NCBI GenBank assembly: GCA_010093705.1
Contig: MU006091.1
Coordinates: 1,116,001-1,180,000 of the forward strand
Source of the DNA: Patellaria atrata CBS 101060
Lineage: Eukaryota
Direction: 5' to 3'
DNA length: 64,000 bases
Shown in pieces: positions 24,310 to 37,057 of the stretch (positions are counted from its first letter, which is position 1; every line of letters starts with the position of its first letter). The position numbers and the translations under genes are program-made. Under the pieces are notes generated by a model. The model saw only the letters and a program-made list of their open reading frames with translations, was not told where the DNA came from and made no database searches.

Positions 24310-25803
24310 TTAAGTTTTCCAGAACATAACATTCGGCTTCTTCTTGCTCTCAACACTCCCTTTATCGTCGATCTCGAAAGGCGCAAATTTAGCCTTTCCA
24401 TGATTCTCCTCAAGCTCTTGCTGCTTGATATACCTTCTCCTCTTCCACAAGCAAAACAGGCAGATTAGGAGAGTGATGAATCCACATCCGCCAACAACTC
24501 CACCTATCACAGCTCCGATGAGGCCTTGTTTCATGAACTCTGACTGTTTGGGTCGAATGTACGCGATGGGGACAGACTTCGGGCAGAAAGTTCTTGGTTG
24601 GACATATTTCTGTTCTACAATGGCCTGCGCAATATGGAATTTATAAGCATCATAGTCCACCATTAGATATGCCTGGCCAAGAAAAGCGGTTCCCAGATAG
24701 AATGAAGTGTTATCTCTTTTCTCGCGAGCAGCAACAGGTGAGAGCCCGCTGTTGTTGAACATGACGTTGCTTGGGACGGTGATTTCGAGGCCGGTATTAA
24801 GTTTCACGGTCATTGTTCCGTTGAATGGTTTGTTAAGTCTCAGCGACTTATCAGGCTCATCGGTTTCTACTGCCGCCAGTAGATCCATATAGTTCTGTGT
24901 GATCTCATATGGAAATGAGAAAGGATGTTGATCTGTAGTCAATTTTGCATTGAAAGTATTGCTTCCTTCCGGTAGATCGGGAAATCGTGACCTGTCAAGC
25001 AGCGACACATTGCGAACGAGACCAGTTGAATCGTTAATCACTATGTCTGAGACAGTGACCTCCAGAGGATACGTATCGCGAGGATCCATTGTGAAGTTGT
25101 GGACTTCGCCCTGGAACCGGCCGACATCGTATCCTCCAAAGGTGACACTGCCGTTGATGACACCAGCAGCTCTGTCGAATCCATGTCCAATAAATAGAGA
25201 GAAGGTTCTTCCTGCAACCAGACCATCTTTGAAGAGTTTCTGAAGTAGAGTTGACTCCAGACCCATCCCTACGACACCTGGACTCTTGTTTCCCTCTGTG
25301 ACTACTTCTACGGGGAAGCTGGTCACATTATTCTGCGTCGGTCCATCCGACTCAAAGTAATGAGTATACAGCCGTAGTATATCGGTGCCGAAGAAACTAT
25401 CATCACCGGCCGATATGTTATCCGTTGTATCATAGCTGTCAGTTCGAGTAAACCTACAGATCAATTAGCAGAAAGCATCCTTAACGATCTATTTTAGCTC
25501 TTACGTATCAGATTCTGTCGTCTCGAAATTTCCATTTGTCGAGTCTTCGCAATTCGTGAGGTTACTATTTTGACAGAATTTGAAAAAAGCAACTGAAGTT
25601 TCGTTCTGTTTTAATGATGGCCAGAGGCTTTGATTCTGTGCTGGGGTGCCGACGCCTATAAATGATCCATATTGGAAGATGTTGGTGCCGTGTACGATTC
25701 TCTTATGTATATCGACGTAGATTGGAGGAATAGCACAGTTGAAGGCAAGGGAGAGGTGAGCAAGCCCAAGAAGGCTTGCTAATGAAAGCAAGCTTCTCGT
25801 CAT
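24310..25803 (-). CDS. Pepsin-fold (A1-like) type I membrane protein, probably catalytically inactive
   Basis: Signal peptide, IGVGTPAQ, GSVTFGGYD, YLGTAFLGQAYLMVDYD, C-terminal TM helix followed by KRRR; intron 25504-25454; no DTG/DSG motifs. Confidence 0.8.
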
Positions 25804-26656
25804 GATTGAACTTGAAAGAAACTCGTTCAAATGTGTCTCAAACACATATAATGAAAGTCAATGAAACGGACTGATTGAAATACAAAGATTTGAATTGAAT
25901 CGAGGTGTCGAGGATTGACCGAGAGATCTTGCTTCAGGTCTCTGTACGCGGGGTGAAAGGTATATGTTCTATGGCCATCCCAGATCCAAGTACAAACTCA
26001 AGGTTGAGGCCGGAAGGAATGGTAGCACATATACAAAGATTGTCAGTTCCGATGGAAGCCTATAATGCACGCCACCATACCGCTTCAGAATGATCGTTCT
26101 GATAGGTGGGAAGAATGAAATATCTCCATCTTCTGGACTTTTTAAGCCGCACACGCGCCCCGTCAACCTGGTAGAGTGCCAAACCAAACGGCTCAAGTAT
26201 CATGTATAAATGGAATCGAAGAAATGTTCTACGTTGATTGGATTGAGCATCTGTACTTCCATGGAGGTTGGTAGATGGGCGCTTGCTGATGTCCTGAGCG
26301 CAGCGCCTCCGGGAAGATCACGTCTTTCTAGCGGACCGGGAGAATGTCCCATGCCAGCAAAGAAAATACTTGTTACGTCTTCATTCAATCAGAAGCTTTC
26401 GTAATCTCATTGTGCATTATCCGTGGATTGATGTTCTTGCTGACTGTTGGAGTGAGGTTCATCCTGCATCTAAAAATAGAGTAATGGGCGCTTAAAACAA
26501 ATCAGGGTCGTATGGCAGACAATTATTTCTAGCTTGAATTTGCCAAAACTCAAAACACTAAAAACACTGCGACAAAGTAATATCTTATGCCCATATAACT
26601 TAGTATTTCGAATAGCAATATATAGTAAGATAAAGTATTAGTTGCAGTTTTATATA

Positions 26657-27149
26657 CGGTATTAGATTCAACTTAAATTGCTGCTCAGATTCAACTCAAA
26701 TTGCTGCTCAGATACACGTTCAGCTGAGTGTTCCGTACGGCATCAGATTCGTCCTCAGATTCGGCTCAGATTCATGCTGAGATACGGCATCATGTTCGGC
26801 TCAAATACGTGCTCAGAGACGGCATCAAAATCGGCTCCGATTCGACATCAGATACGGCTCAAATTAGTGCTCGGATACGGCTCGGATACGGCTCAGATAC
26901 GGCTCCAGAGACGGGTATTGGATTCGGCTCAAACAAGTGCTCAGATACGGCAATCTGAAGTCGAATCTATTTATGCCGAATCTATTTATGCCGAATCTAT
27001 TTATGCCGAATCTATTTATGCCGAATCCATTTATGCCGAATTTATTTATGCCGAATCTATTTATGCCGAATCTATTTATGCCGAATCTATTTATGCCGAA
27101 TCTATTCAAGCCGAATCTATTCAAGCCGAATCTTTAACCGAATCTACTG
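26657..27149. mobile_element. Non-autonomous foldback/MITE-like element with TA flanks (Tc1/mariner-type termini)
   Basis: Left end TA|CGGTATTAGATTCAACTTAAA; right end read inward on the minus strand TA|CAGTAGATTCGGTTAAA. The left array (AGATTCGGC/AGATACGGC cores) is the reverse complement of the right array (GCCGAATCT). Confidence 0.6.
26960..27146 (+). repeat. 15-bp tandem repeat (GCCGAATCTATTTAT), 11 full units plus two truncated ones
   Basis: Units start every 15 bp from 26960 to 27125; variants include GCCGAATCCATTTAT, GCCGAATTTATTTAT and GCCGAATCTATTCAA. Confidence 0.97.
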
Positions 27150-27699
27150 TACCAGGTATTTACAGCCCAGTCGCTAATGCACGACTACCACTAGATCAGG
27201 CGTAATTGCTACCAGAAATGGGGACGCGCTAGGCCGACTACAAGCAAACTAACGTCCAATCAAGTCAATGTTACGCATTAGCAGCTTGATTACATGATTA
27301 CATTGAGGGTGGAGATTTAGCCAATTCAAGCTAGTTGTCCGCCGTATCTAACCAATTACAGCGATCTTTGTCAAGGTGCCAATTTCCGAGGCAGAACCCC
27401 CTTTACGTCTTCAACAATTTTTCGTCAACACCACCAAAAGGCCGAGGACACCATTCAACACCGATGCAGCCATAAGAACCTGTTACCGTCCGCTCCTCCC
27501 CTCTGCTGCTCCTTCATTCCCAAAAATACTTTCTTACTCTTCTTCTTCGCGTCACTCCTTTAGATATTTTTCCCGCTAATTCACTTCCAAGCGGCTTCTT
27601 AATTACGCGGCTTGCGAATTTAATTAACGCGACAAGACCGACCTGGACCTCCCGCAACATCCCGTCAGCGTCCGACAGTCTTACAACTCCAGATTCACA

Positions 27700-28877
27700 A
27701 TGTCGAAACCCGACTGGGTTGAATTGGGCCTTCCAACGCTCGATAGACCATTTGGATTACACTTATGGCCTATCTTCGAGAAGGCATTCGAGTCTGTCAA
27801 GGGGTATAAGCCGCAAGATTTCCGCTTCGTGCAAGGAGAGACGCCCCTGTCGACCTTCAAAGTCACCGCTACCGTTCTCGTATCATACTATATTATAATA
27901 TTCGGAGGGCGAGAGTTCATGCGCAACAGGAAGCCTTATGAACTCAGCTTGCCATTCAAGATTCACAACTTCTATTTGACTGCAATCAGCCTTGCGTTGT
28001 TGGTGTTGTTTGCGGAGCAGTTGATCCCTACTGTATGGAGGAACGGTATATTCTATGGAATCTGTGCAAAGGAGGGAGGATGGACGGATAAACTTGTCAT
28101 CCTATACTATGTAAGTCCTATGAACCCGTAGGAACTTCCGCGCTGACAGCATCTTAGTTGAACTACCTGACCAAGTTCCTCGAGCTTATTGACACCTGCT
28201 TCTTGTTCCTCAAGAAGAAGCCTCTGAGTATGCATATTTCCTGATGATGATGAGATTTCATTAACAGGTTATAGCTTTTCTCCACACATATCACCATGGA
28301 GCTACCGCGCTTCTGTGCTATACCCAGCTTATTGGCAATACCTCAGTCTCATGGGTTCCAATTACTCTGAATCTCATGGTCCACGTTGTCATGTACTGGT
28401 ATTACTTCCAAAGTGCTCGTGGCATTCGCATCTGGTGGAAGCAATACATCACCATTATGCAAATCATCCAATTCGTCCTTGATCTTGGTAACATCCCCAA
28501 ATTCCTTCTCCCCACCTGATTTAACCCTTGACTAATCCCCACCCCCAGGTTTTGTTTATTTCGCATCCTGGACGTACTTCACTTCCACTTACTGGCCGTG
28601 GCTACCTAACTATGGTACTTGCTCCGGGGAGGAATTCGCTGCGATCGCTGGTATTTGCATCCTGAGCTCTTATCTCCTCCTGTTCATCTCCTTCTACCTC
28701 GCGACCTACAAGCGTCCAGTTCCCAAGGGCAGGAAGCGTGCCAAGAGCGCTCTTATCGAGATGAAGGATGAAAAGGTCCCAACTGTCAGTGAGGCGAGGA
28801 GAAGGCTCAGTCAGAGCATGGGTAGCTCCTCTGCCACAAGCCCCAATGGCAGAGTTACGAGATCCCGGAAGGCGTAG
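27700..28877 (+). CDS. Very-long-chain fatty acid elongase (GNS1/SUR4 family, Elo2/Fen1-like)
   Basis: [36 protein letters not shown] histidine box, HVVMYWYYF; three introns (28111-28157, 28228-28274, 28488-28548); TAG 28875-28877. Confidence 0.94.
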
Positions 28878-29330
28878 AGATAGGGAAGATATATAAGGTA
28901 AGTACCTTATGCATTGGAAGAATTCTGGAAAAGAGTGAGAACACCATTCATCAGATAATTGCGAACACAAAGCTTGTTCAATTCTATACAAGTTCCATGC
29001 ACCAACAGGGACTTCTCAAGGAATGGGATAGTTCTTTTGGAGAGAAGGGCAATGTAAGGTTCACGCATCATCAACTGCGTATTTCTTTGTAATTACATTC
29101 GGTTGATGTATTATGAGTGCATAAGACAATATGTAAAACAGCATGGGAGAAAGGTGTAAGGGTGGAGAAATATATATCATCTTAATGAGGTGTAAATGTC
29201 GTTCATACCTTAAAGTAGTCTAAATTTCCCCAGTCATTTTGTACACGGGTATAAAGTCTTGACATCGCGTTTCAGGCCCATTCTATCCCAACTATGCAAA
29301 CGCTCTTTCCGTCTCAAGTGGTGAGTATTC

Positions 29331-30204
29331 TCACACCGCACTCTCCAACACCTTCTCCTCTTCTCTCGTCCCCTCCAACGCTTTAGTGATACTCCCATTC
29401 GCGCCCCTCCCTCTCGTACCGTCGACCTGCTGCGCTCGAACCGCTTCATCGACCTCTAAAATTCCAAGTCAGCCTTCATCCCAGCATGAAACCTCAACCA
29501 CAACAGCAACGCAAAAAGCAAAATCAAAAACACACGTCGAAAAGACTCCCTACCAGCGAACTCATCCCCGCCGACCCAGAACCTCATCTTCTCCCGCACA
29601 AACTCAGCGAAATCCCACTCCTGCAACTCAAGGTCCTCGGCATCGGCAATCCAGATGTAAGTCTCGCACTCGACCTCCTCGCCCTCCGTCTCTTCCACCC
29701 TGCTACCCTCTGCCCCCTCTGCCCCGGCCTTCTTTTCATCGGTAGCCTTGGGAGTTGGGGTCAAGACCCGCACTTTCACCCGCCGTCGCTCGTACTCCGA
29801 CCCCTCGAATATATCGAGGCGCCGGATGTCTTCGAAAGTCAGGCCTCGGACGAGGGTGCCGCGGACGCTGGCAGTGGGGGTGGAGGAGGGGAGGACGCCG
29901 GGGTAGTCGGCATGGCGGACGCGGTGGCGGCGATGGTGGGGGAGCAGGGCGGGCGTGGAGGTGTAGGGGTTTGTGAGGTAGGTGGGCGGGTTGGGGGTGC
30001 CGTGGATTACGCGGAAGAGGATGGAGGGGGACATTAGGGTGCCTGGGAGGTTAGTTTGGGGAGTTTGAGGGTGGAGTAGGGGAAAAAGGGGGAAGGGAAA
30101 GGAATCGGAGGGTATAGAGGGAATTGGGATAGGAGAGGGTCGGGGGAGGTACCGTAGAAGAAAGCGGCGCCGAGGAAGTCGTGGTCGATACGGATTGTGG
30201 ACAT
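29331..30204 (-). CDS. Gamma-glutamylcyclotransferase / AIG2-like protein
   Basis: FFYG|TLM motif split by intron 1, RHRVRHADYPG, RLDIFEGSEY, EWDFAEF; last exon EVDEAV..DGTRGRG..ESAV*. Confidence 0.88.
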
Positions 30205-30660
30205 GGTCGTGGGATGGATTGGTAGGATAGATGAGAAGTCAATGTCCCAGATTAGAGTGGATTGTGGGAGTCGAAAACAGGAATTTGAGAGCAAGATATA
30301 AGTATTTGAGTTGGAGAGTAAAGGTATGACAATGCTAAGCTGATCATAAACGTATGAATCGTGAGAGACTGATAAGGAAAGCTTATCGGCACATTCAGCC
30401 CTATGACAGCAATAATTTCCGGGGCTGGCGGGCGCTAATGCTGCACTTCCGACTTTCCGTCTCCCTAAATTATTCCCATCTCACACTTTCTTCAACACCA
30501 AGTCTCCCAAACAATTCCCCCAATACAGACCTGTACGATATCCCCCAACAGCCAATGCGATAGCGAGAGGGTCTGAAGACCTCGAACACCATCCACCACG
30601 GCTTCCCTCTCCCCCTCGCGTGTCGACTGGACATCCGCCTCCTCCGTCCTCACCTCCGCA

Positions 30661-31408
30661 ATGGGCCTCTTCAGCGCAACCGTGAAGCTCATCGCGCCGA
30701 TATTGTAACCCCCCCTTCCCTTCCACCTCCAACACCCCCCTCCTCCTGACTAACCCCACCCCAGCATCGTCACCTCCCCAATAACATCCTACCTCGACCA
30801 AATCCACAGCATCCACCGCACGCGCTCCTCCGCTGGCTTCTCCCTCGACATCCCCCTAATAATGCTCCTCGCCTCCATCCTCAAAGTCTTCTACTGGCTC
30901 GGGTCCCGTTACGCGCTCTCCCTCCTCCTGCAAGCGCTCCTCATGATCGGAATGCAGTCTCTCCTCCTGCACGTCGCGCTGCGCAACCGCCCGCTCTCCG
31001 TGTCCACGCACACGCCGTTCGCCGGGGAAAAAGCGGAGTCCAGCGGCCGGCTGTACGATTTCTGGCGCTGGAGACCCGTGCGGCCGTATTGGGTGTTCTT
31101 GGCCTATTTCACGCTCGCGTTGGTGGTCCTGCAGGTCCTGGGTAATGGATCGGAGTCGTATACGCAGCTTCAGGGTTCCGTAGCCCTGACGATCGAAGCC
31201 GCGCTCCCGCTGCCGCAGCTGCTGTCGAACCAGCGAAGGCGCGGGTGTAAGGGATTCAGACCCAGTGTCGTCGTTAACTGGCTCGTCGGCGACGTGTTTA
31301 AGTTGAGCTATTTTTTCCTCTCGGGGGGTGGGGAGGTCCCGCTGGCGTTTAAGGCCTGCGCTGTGTTTCAGTTTCTCTGCGATTTGGGGCTCGGGGTGCA
31401 GTATTTGG
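30661..31408 (+). CDS. PQ-loop repeat membrane protein (Any1/PQLC1-like), 3' end lost in the gap
   Basis: ATG 30661, intron about 30705-30763, SYLDQIHSIHRTRSSAGFSLDIPLIMLLASILK, IEAALPLPQL, WLVGDVFKLSYF; runs into the N-gap. Confidence 0.85.
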
Positions 31409-31563
31409 NNNNNNNNNNNNNNNNNNNNNNNNNNNNNNNNNNNNNNNNNNNNNNNNNNNNNNNNNNNNNNNNNNNNNNNNNNNNNNNNNNNNNNNNNNNN
31501 NNNNNNNNNNNNNNNNNNNNNNNNNNNNNNNNNNNNNNNNNNNNNNNNNNNNNNNNNNNNNNN
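31409..31563. other. Assembly gap (155 N)
   Basis: Run of N bases. Confidence 1.
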
Positions 31564-31974
31564 GGTTGTATATAGTGTAGCGTTTTAGCGTTTATATTTT
31601 ATTCTTCATCATTTATCAGCATGTGCATGCAATATTGGCTCTCCGTCAATCCACATCACGGAAATCAGATACATACGTCCGAAGGGGGATTTGACATCAC
31701 AATAGCTCCCCTACAAACCGATCTAGGCCGTTCGAAGCGGATCCAGTTTCATCAGCCTTAATTGCACGTTCGTTGACTACACGCGTAGAGAAACCCAACA
31801 CGCGCCGGGAAGAAACCACGGCTTACGCCCAAGTACGATAGCTCTATATAATCTACGAGTGTACATTCTAATCCAACCGCGCATTCTCTAGATCTACCGT
31901 CACAGCTGAACACCCGCTACACTAACCCTTTTTTTCCACTACACCCTTCCTCCCTTACTCCCCAGTCCTAACCC

Positions 31975-33934
31975 CTATCCCCTAAACACCTTCTCCACCC
32001 CCTCCCAATGGCTCAAAAACCCCTCGAACGCTAAAACCCCCAACCCGGGATCCAACGCGCCCGTCGTCGCACGAATACTATGCATACTCAACTGCGGAAT
32101 GCCCGCATCTATAGCCCTAACTCCCATGCGCGCGCTCAACATCGGGCCTACCGTACCCCCACTCCTACTATCATTTCTGATCTGAAACACCTGCAACCTC
32201 GCGCCCACTTTCTCCGCACACGCGGTCAGGATAGCGGTGCTGACGGCATCAGTGGTCATGTGGCCGTTGGGATCGGCGGCGACGGCGAGGCCGACGTTGA
32301 GGCGCGGCGCGTGATGCGGGAGGTAGGCGCCGAGGAAGTTGGGGTTGACGGCGTGTGTGACGTCGGAAGAGACGAGGAAGGAGTTTGCGTACGTGCGGGC
32401 TATGAGGGTGGTTGTGGCGGGGTTGGCGAAGGTGTCGACGACCCGCTCGACGATGGAAGGGAGAAAATTCCCCCTGGCGCCTTGCCGAAGTAGGCTGCCG
32501 ATTTCTTCGTCGTCGAAGAGAGCGACGATCTTGAGTTGGTTGGACTCTGCGGTTTGGGAGTCGGCGGTGCTATTGAGGAGGGCTTGTATCGCAGCCCAGG
32601 AGCAGAGCTTGTCGTCGATGCGGCCGGCGAAGATGAAGTCGCGGTCTATGCCGCCGACGGCGGCGGGTTGGATATCGAAGAGTTCGAGCTCCCAGTTCAC
32701 GATGGTGCTATAGTCTTCAATGGAAAGTTCACCGGCAATCGCTTTGACCAGTTTCTCCGGCTGAGTGGCGGTGAAGGAGCCCGCGCCGCCCAGAAGCGCG
32801 GGTTTAAAGTCCTCCTCTTCGGAGTTGCTCTTGGTAGGACTGACACCGAAGCTATCGAGGTCGCTGTTGTCGAGTCCGATTATGGGAACCATTTGGGTCT
32901 CCTTGTTGAAAGGGCCGGAAGCCGCGGCACCGAAATGAGGTGCGAGGGTGGGGACGCGTGCGATGGGCCAGTCGAGCTTGACGAGCTTGGTGCTGATCTT
33001 TCCGGAAGACTCTTTGACGAGAACACGGCCGCCGATGCCGAGATCGCGGTCCCACCAGGTGGAGTTGAGGCCACCGGCATAGGGTGCTACGCCAAGTTGG
33101 ATGTAACCGGCTTTGTTGCTTAACTTGGGTATAGGTTTCACTGTGGTCAAATCAGTATCCCTGGGTCTGAGGAAAGGAGTAGGTGAGGCACATACACTTA
33201 GCAGCCAGAGCATCAATGTGCCCAGCCAAGATGGCAGCACCATTCCCTGGCTCATACTTCTCCCCAACTACAAAGGCGATCAAACTACTCCCATTCCTCT
33301 CGACGTAATATTTCCCGCCCCTCTCAAGTTCCCACGCGTCCGTCTCTGCTAACTTCTTAAACCCATGCTTTTTTAAATCCTTCCCTACAGCATCTACAGC
33401 ATGGAATACCGTCGGATTCTCCGTCAAGAAGTCACAGAACGGCTTCGTGTAGGCACCCGCATCGAAGATCTTGGATTTTGGCGGCTCTGCGACTACTGGG
33501 GGCTCCTCCAACTTCTCTTTCGGCGGGAGTGGTGGTGGAATCACCCGCTCTACAACCATCTGCTCATTGTTTGGAAATTCGGGCCGGTTCCTTTCCCACT
33601 GTGACGGGCTCCATGCAGCTTCCCTTCCCTCTACGGTATACGGGGTGTATGTCGTAGGGTCCCAAGCGACGCTCTTCCGGCGACGGAGCGCGATATCATG
33701 CGCCTGTTGGTGGTTGGTACGGCGGATCTGGGTGGCCGCTCTAACGAGCCTTTCGCGCTCCATTAGTTGTTCTTGGTAGACTTGTACTGGATCGTTTCTG
33801 TTCTCGAACGATTGAATGGCGTGGAAGGGATTGTGCCTGGTGGGAGCTGGGAGAGAGTTGCGTTCGGAGGTGGAGCGAAAAACCAGGTCGTAGGATGAGG
33901 CGGATTTGCGGAGATTGGGATGGTTCTTTGTCAT
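31975..33934 (-). CDS. M18 aminopeptidase, vacuolar aminopeptidase I (Ape1/Lap4)-like, with long N-terminal extension
   Basis: NPTVFHAV, AGHIDAL, APYAG, PTLAPH, RIDDKLCS, FDDEEIGS, SDVTHA, SGGTVGP, QLSMHSIR; one intron at about 33190-33141; ATG 33934. Confidence 0.9.
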
Positions 33935-35599
33935 TGTGGATGTAGTATATACTATGATAATGAGAGGAAAGAGAGCTGATGATTGTGGGAAAGCTTGGAG
34001 CTTGGAGCTGATGTGTATACAAGTGGCTGTGGAGGCACGGGAGGTTAGGGTCCTGGAGGTGATAAGGTAAGGTAAGGCTAACCGGATACGTTCACTTCCG
34101 CATCCTATCACGCTGTCAACTGCGTGACACGTCTGTCTTAGATTTTGACTCACTTAACCGAACAAAAATACTGTATCTTTATTCTGAGAGTATACGGGAT
34201 ATTAATATGTGTCCATGATACAGGTACTCGCTTATTGTACTTTGTACGGTCTGGCAATTGGAGTTAAATACAGAATCATGTCCTAATTATCAAGTACAGC
34301 TTGTCATAGGTTTCCATGACTATTTAGTCCTTCGTCACGACTGCTCATTCACGGTCACGGCACTGTGATGGTACATTGTACAGTACAGAGTACAGTACAG
34401 TTGATGAGTGCACTCCAACAATTTGAATAACTGAGTTAAAGCCACGAACTTGGGTCGTACTATGACATCTGGGAGTATGTACGATTGCGTCAAAGCCATA
34501 GTAAGTGTTCCATATCCTAGGATCATGTATTCAGTACGGATGGGTCACAACCTGAAGAGTGACGCGCTGTATATTTCAGCAGTTCATCTGAACGAGTCAG
34601 TACCCGTTTAGAGTAATCGCACAGTATGTTTCGCAAGTTCATATAGATGAGTCGCAACCGAGACAAGGGGCCCAGTCGTACAATACTAAGAGTAGTAGCA
34701 ATATGGAGAGGTACTGTACAGTCTGAAGAGAGTGTGAATAGAGATAGGAAGACGTTCCCCCTTCGTTACTAGCAAAAGCAATACCGTAGTATATGAGATG
34801 AGGATGAGGGAAACTGTTCACATTCCAGTCTTCAACTTTCATTTTGTGTTCCTTATTTCTTATTCGTGATGCTCCTGAGATACAACTTTCAAGGAAACAA
34901 GAAACCATTAGTTGTTACCTGAGTAGGACCTACAGTCTCTTTTACTGGCAGGCTCTCGTACAATCACTCGTCATCCATGCGACTGGAACGAAAAGAGATT
35001 TGAAGTTAAGCTGTACACCCGGAAATAAAAGAAAAAGCATATCATGGAACGCTTGACCATAAGCTCGAAACGTTCAATAATCTGGGAGAGAAAGAAAGAA
35101 AGCATTATGATTGAATACAAAAACTTACTATAATCCCACAGTTCACATTATAACTATATACTCAGCAGCGCTAAGCATTCAGGCTCTACGCCCCCTGTTC
35201 GATCCATATATAATCGTAAACCACTACACGAGTCTCTATAATAAACCCGCCATCCACCATTCACCCCGCGGTGCACATCATTTTGAAATCAAATGTGTGG
35301 GGGAACAAGCACTTTTATGCAATATAGTTTAATATCCGCTGCAGGTACCGTGATGCGATTTTTTGCCCGGGCCGGGGTAACGGATGCCTCGTACATATGA
35401 TCTCGAATCTTTAATACTTAATGCTGTGCCGATTTCCTTGCACGGCCCGCAAATTGCTTATATGAAAAATATCTGTGGGTTTGGTAGCGGGGAAGATGGG
35501 AGGTATAAAGGAAAGAATTGCACCTCTTCAAACACTTGTTATTCCTGCGTGATCTTCTTGCTTCCAATCTTCCTTGGTGTCTGATTATCGTCGTCGAAG

Positions 35600-37057
35600 A
35601 TGTTAGGGCTCAACTTCCAAACTTTAGTCAGCAGCTTCCTGGCGCTGTCTCTACTATCCTCGACCGTCAGCACAGCAGCGATCGATGTCCGGGAACTATT
35701 GCAGCACCGCCAGGCAAACGGCTCGGAGTTGCATTGGGTAGATACATGGACTTCCATGCCGCAGTTAGTAGAGCAGAATAACCTGCCACCTTCACCTTTC
35801 GTATGTCCGCTTATTAGTTCCGCTATTGGAAACATAGCACTCACAAGGGATGTATAGAATGGAGGCGGAGCTCAGTTCAGGGATGCCACACTCCGACAAA
35901 CCCTACACATGTCTGTAGGTGCAGATAAGATCCGTATCGAAATCTCGAATACGTTTGGTGGAAGCGATTTACCTGTCACAGCCGCAAGTATAGCGCTCCC
36001 AACGGGTGGACAGGCTGGGGTTGCAGGAATCCAGGCAGACACTGTGAAAGCGATTACGTTTGGAGGATCAGCATCTGTTGTTGTGCCCAGAGGGAAGGTT
36101 GTACTGTCGGATGAGATCGACTTTCCAGTTAAGCCACAATCGATGATCTCCGTTTCATTGTATTTCCAGCAAGGACAGTCGGGAAGCAGTATTACAGGAC
36201 ATCCCGGCAGCAGGACCACTTCATGGATGCAGAGTGGGAATCGTGTCACGGCCGCGACACTCAGTGGCTCGAACACCAAGCATTGGTATGCCAGCTTCGT
36301 TTCTTGAGGCCCTGGAGCGCGAGTACTAATCCCTGTTGAAGGTATTTCATCAGCGCTGTGCAAGCATTGGTGCCAACAACAACGAGCAGTTTGATCATTC
36401 TAGGTGATAGCATCACGGACGGCCGTGGAAGCGATGATGATAAAAACAACCGGTATGGATCTTTCTCCACATTTGAATATTTAAGTTAATCAATCCAGAT
36501 GGCCGGATCTCCTTCTAGCAAGAATGCAGAGCAATGGTATCACCAACGTCGCAATAAATAACCAAGCAGCTGGTGGTAATGCAGTTCTCTCCGGAGGCCT
36601 CGGACCAACGCTCATGAGCCGCTACCAGCGTGATGCTCTAACCCGGCCAAACGTCAAATACGTGATGATCTTCGAGGGTGTCAATGATCTCGGGAACGGC
36701 CCAACCTCAACCCAAGGAGCGAATCAACTCGCAGATCAACTGACAAACGCTTTCAAGACCATCGCTGCGGACGCACACAAGCTGGGCTATAAGGTCTTCG
36801 CAGCAACAATTACCCAGTTCACTGGTAACGGTCAGAGCTATGGAAACCCGGCCCGCGAGGCTGCGAGACAGAGGGTGAACAACTGGATCCTCACGAGTGG
36901 AACGTTTGACGCAGTAATTGATTTCGCGAAGATTTTGGGAAATCCGTCGAACCCGAGTATCCTGGACTCCAAGTATGACGGAGGAGACCATTTACACCCG
37001 AACGTAGCCGGGTATCAAGCAGTTGCCAATGCCTTCCCGCTAGACATCTTCAAGTGA
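35600..37057 (+). CDS. Secreted SGNH/GDSL hydrolase with N-terminal accessory domain
   Basis: Signal peptide, HWVDTWTSMPQ, TLRQT, LGDSITDGRGS (catalytic Ser), EGVNDLG, DHLHPN; three introns (35801-35858, 36286-36341, 36453-36499). Confidence 0.92.

Noticed and set aside
26678..27205. ORFs with ESIYA, MPNLF or NRFGI pentapeptide repeats, or a CRISPR-like array
   Set aside because: Several frames on both strands are open only because the 15-bp unit lacks stops in them; there are no spacers; the region is better explained as a repeat element.
22310..28877. GCS1 plus elongase as a sphingolipid gene cluster
   Set aside because: Only two genes, separated by an unrelated one; fungal GlcCer mainly uses C16-C18 acyl chains rather than Elo2-type VLCFA products.
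32080..33123. Long antisense or alternative-frame ORFs inside GC-rich genes (also at 20786, 29486, 45849, 49944, 54684)
   Set aside because: Expected by-products of high GC3 codon usage opposite or within well-supported genes.
34220..34480. Cluster of GTAC/CAGTAC motifs
   Set aside because: Low-complexity, no defined boundaries or inverted repeats, and no supportable factor assignment.
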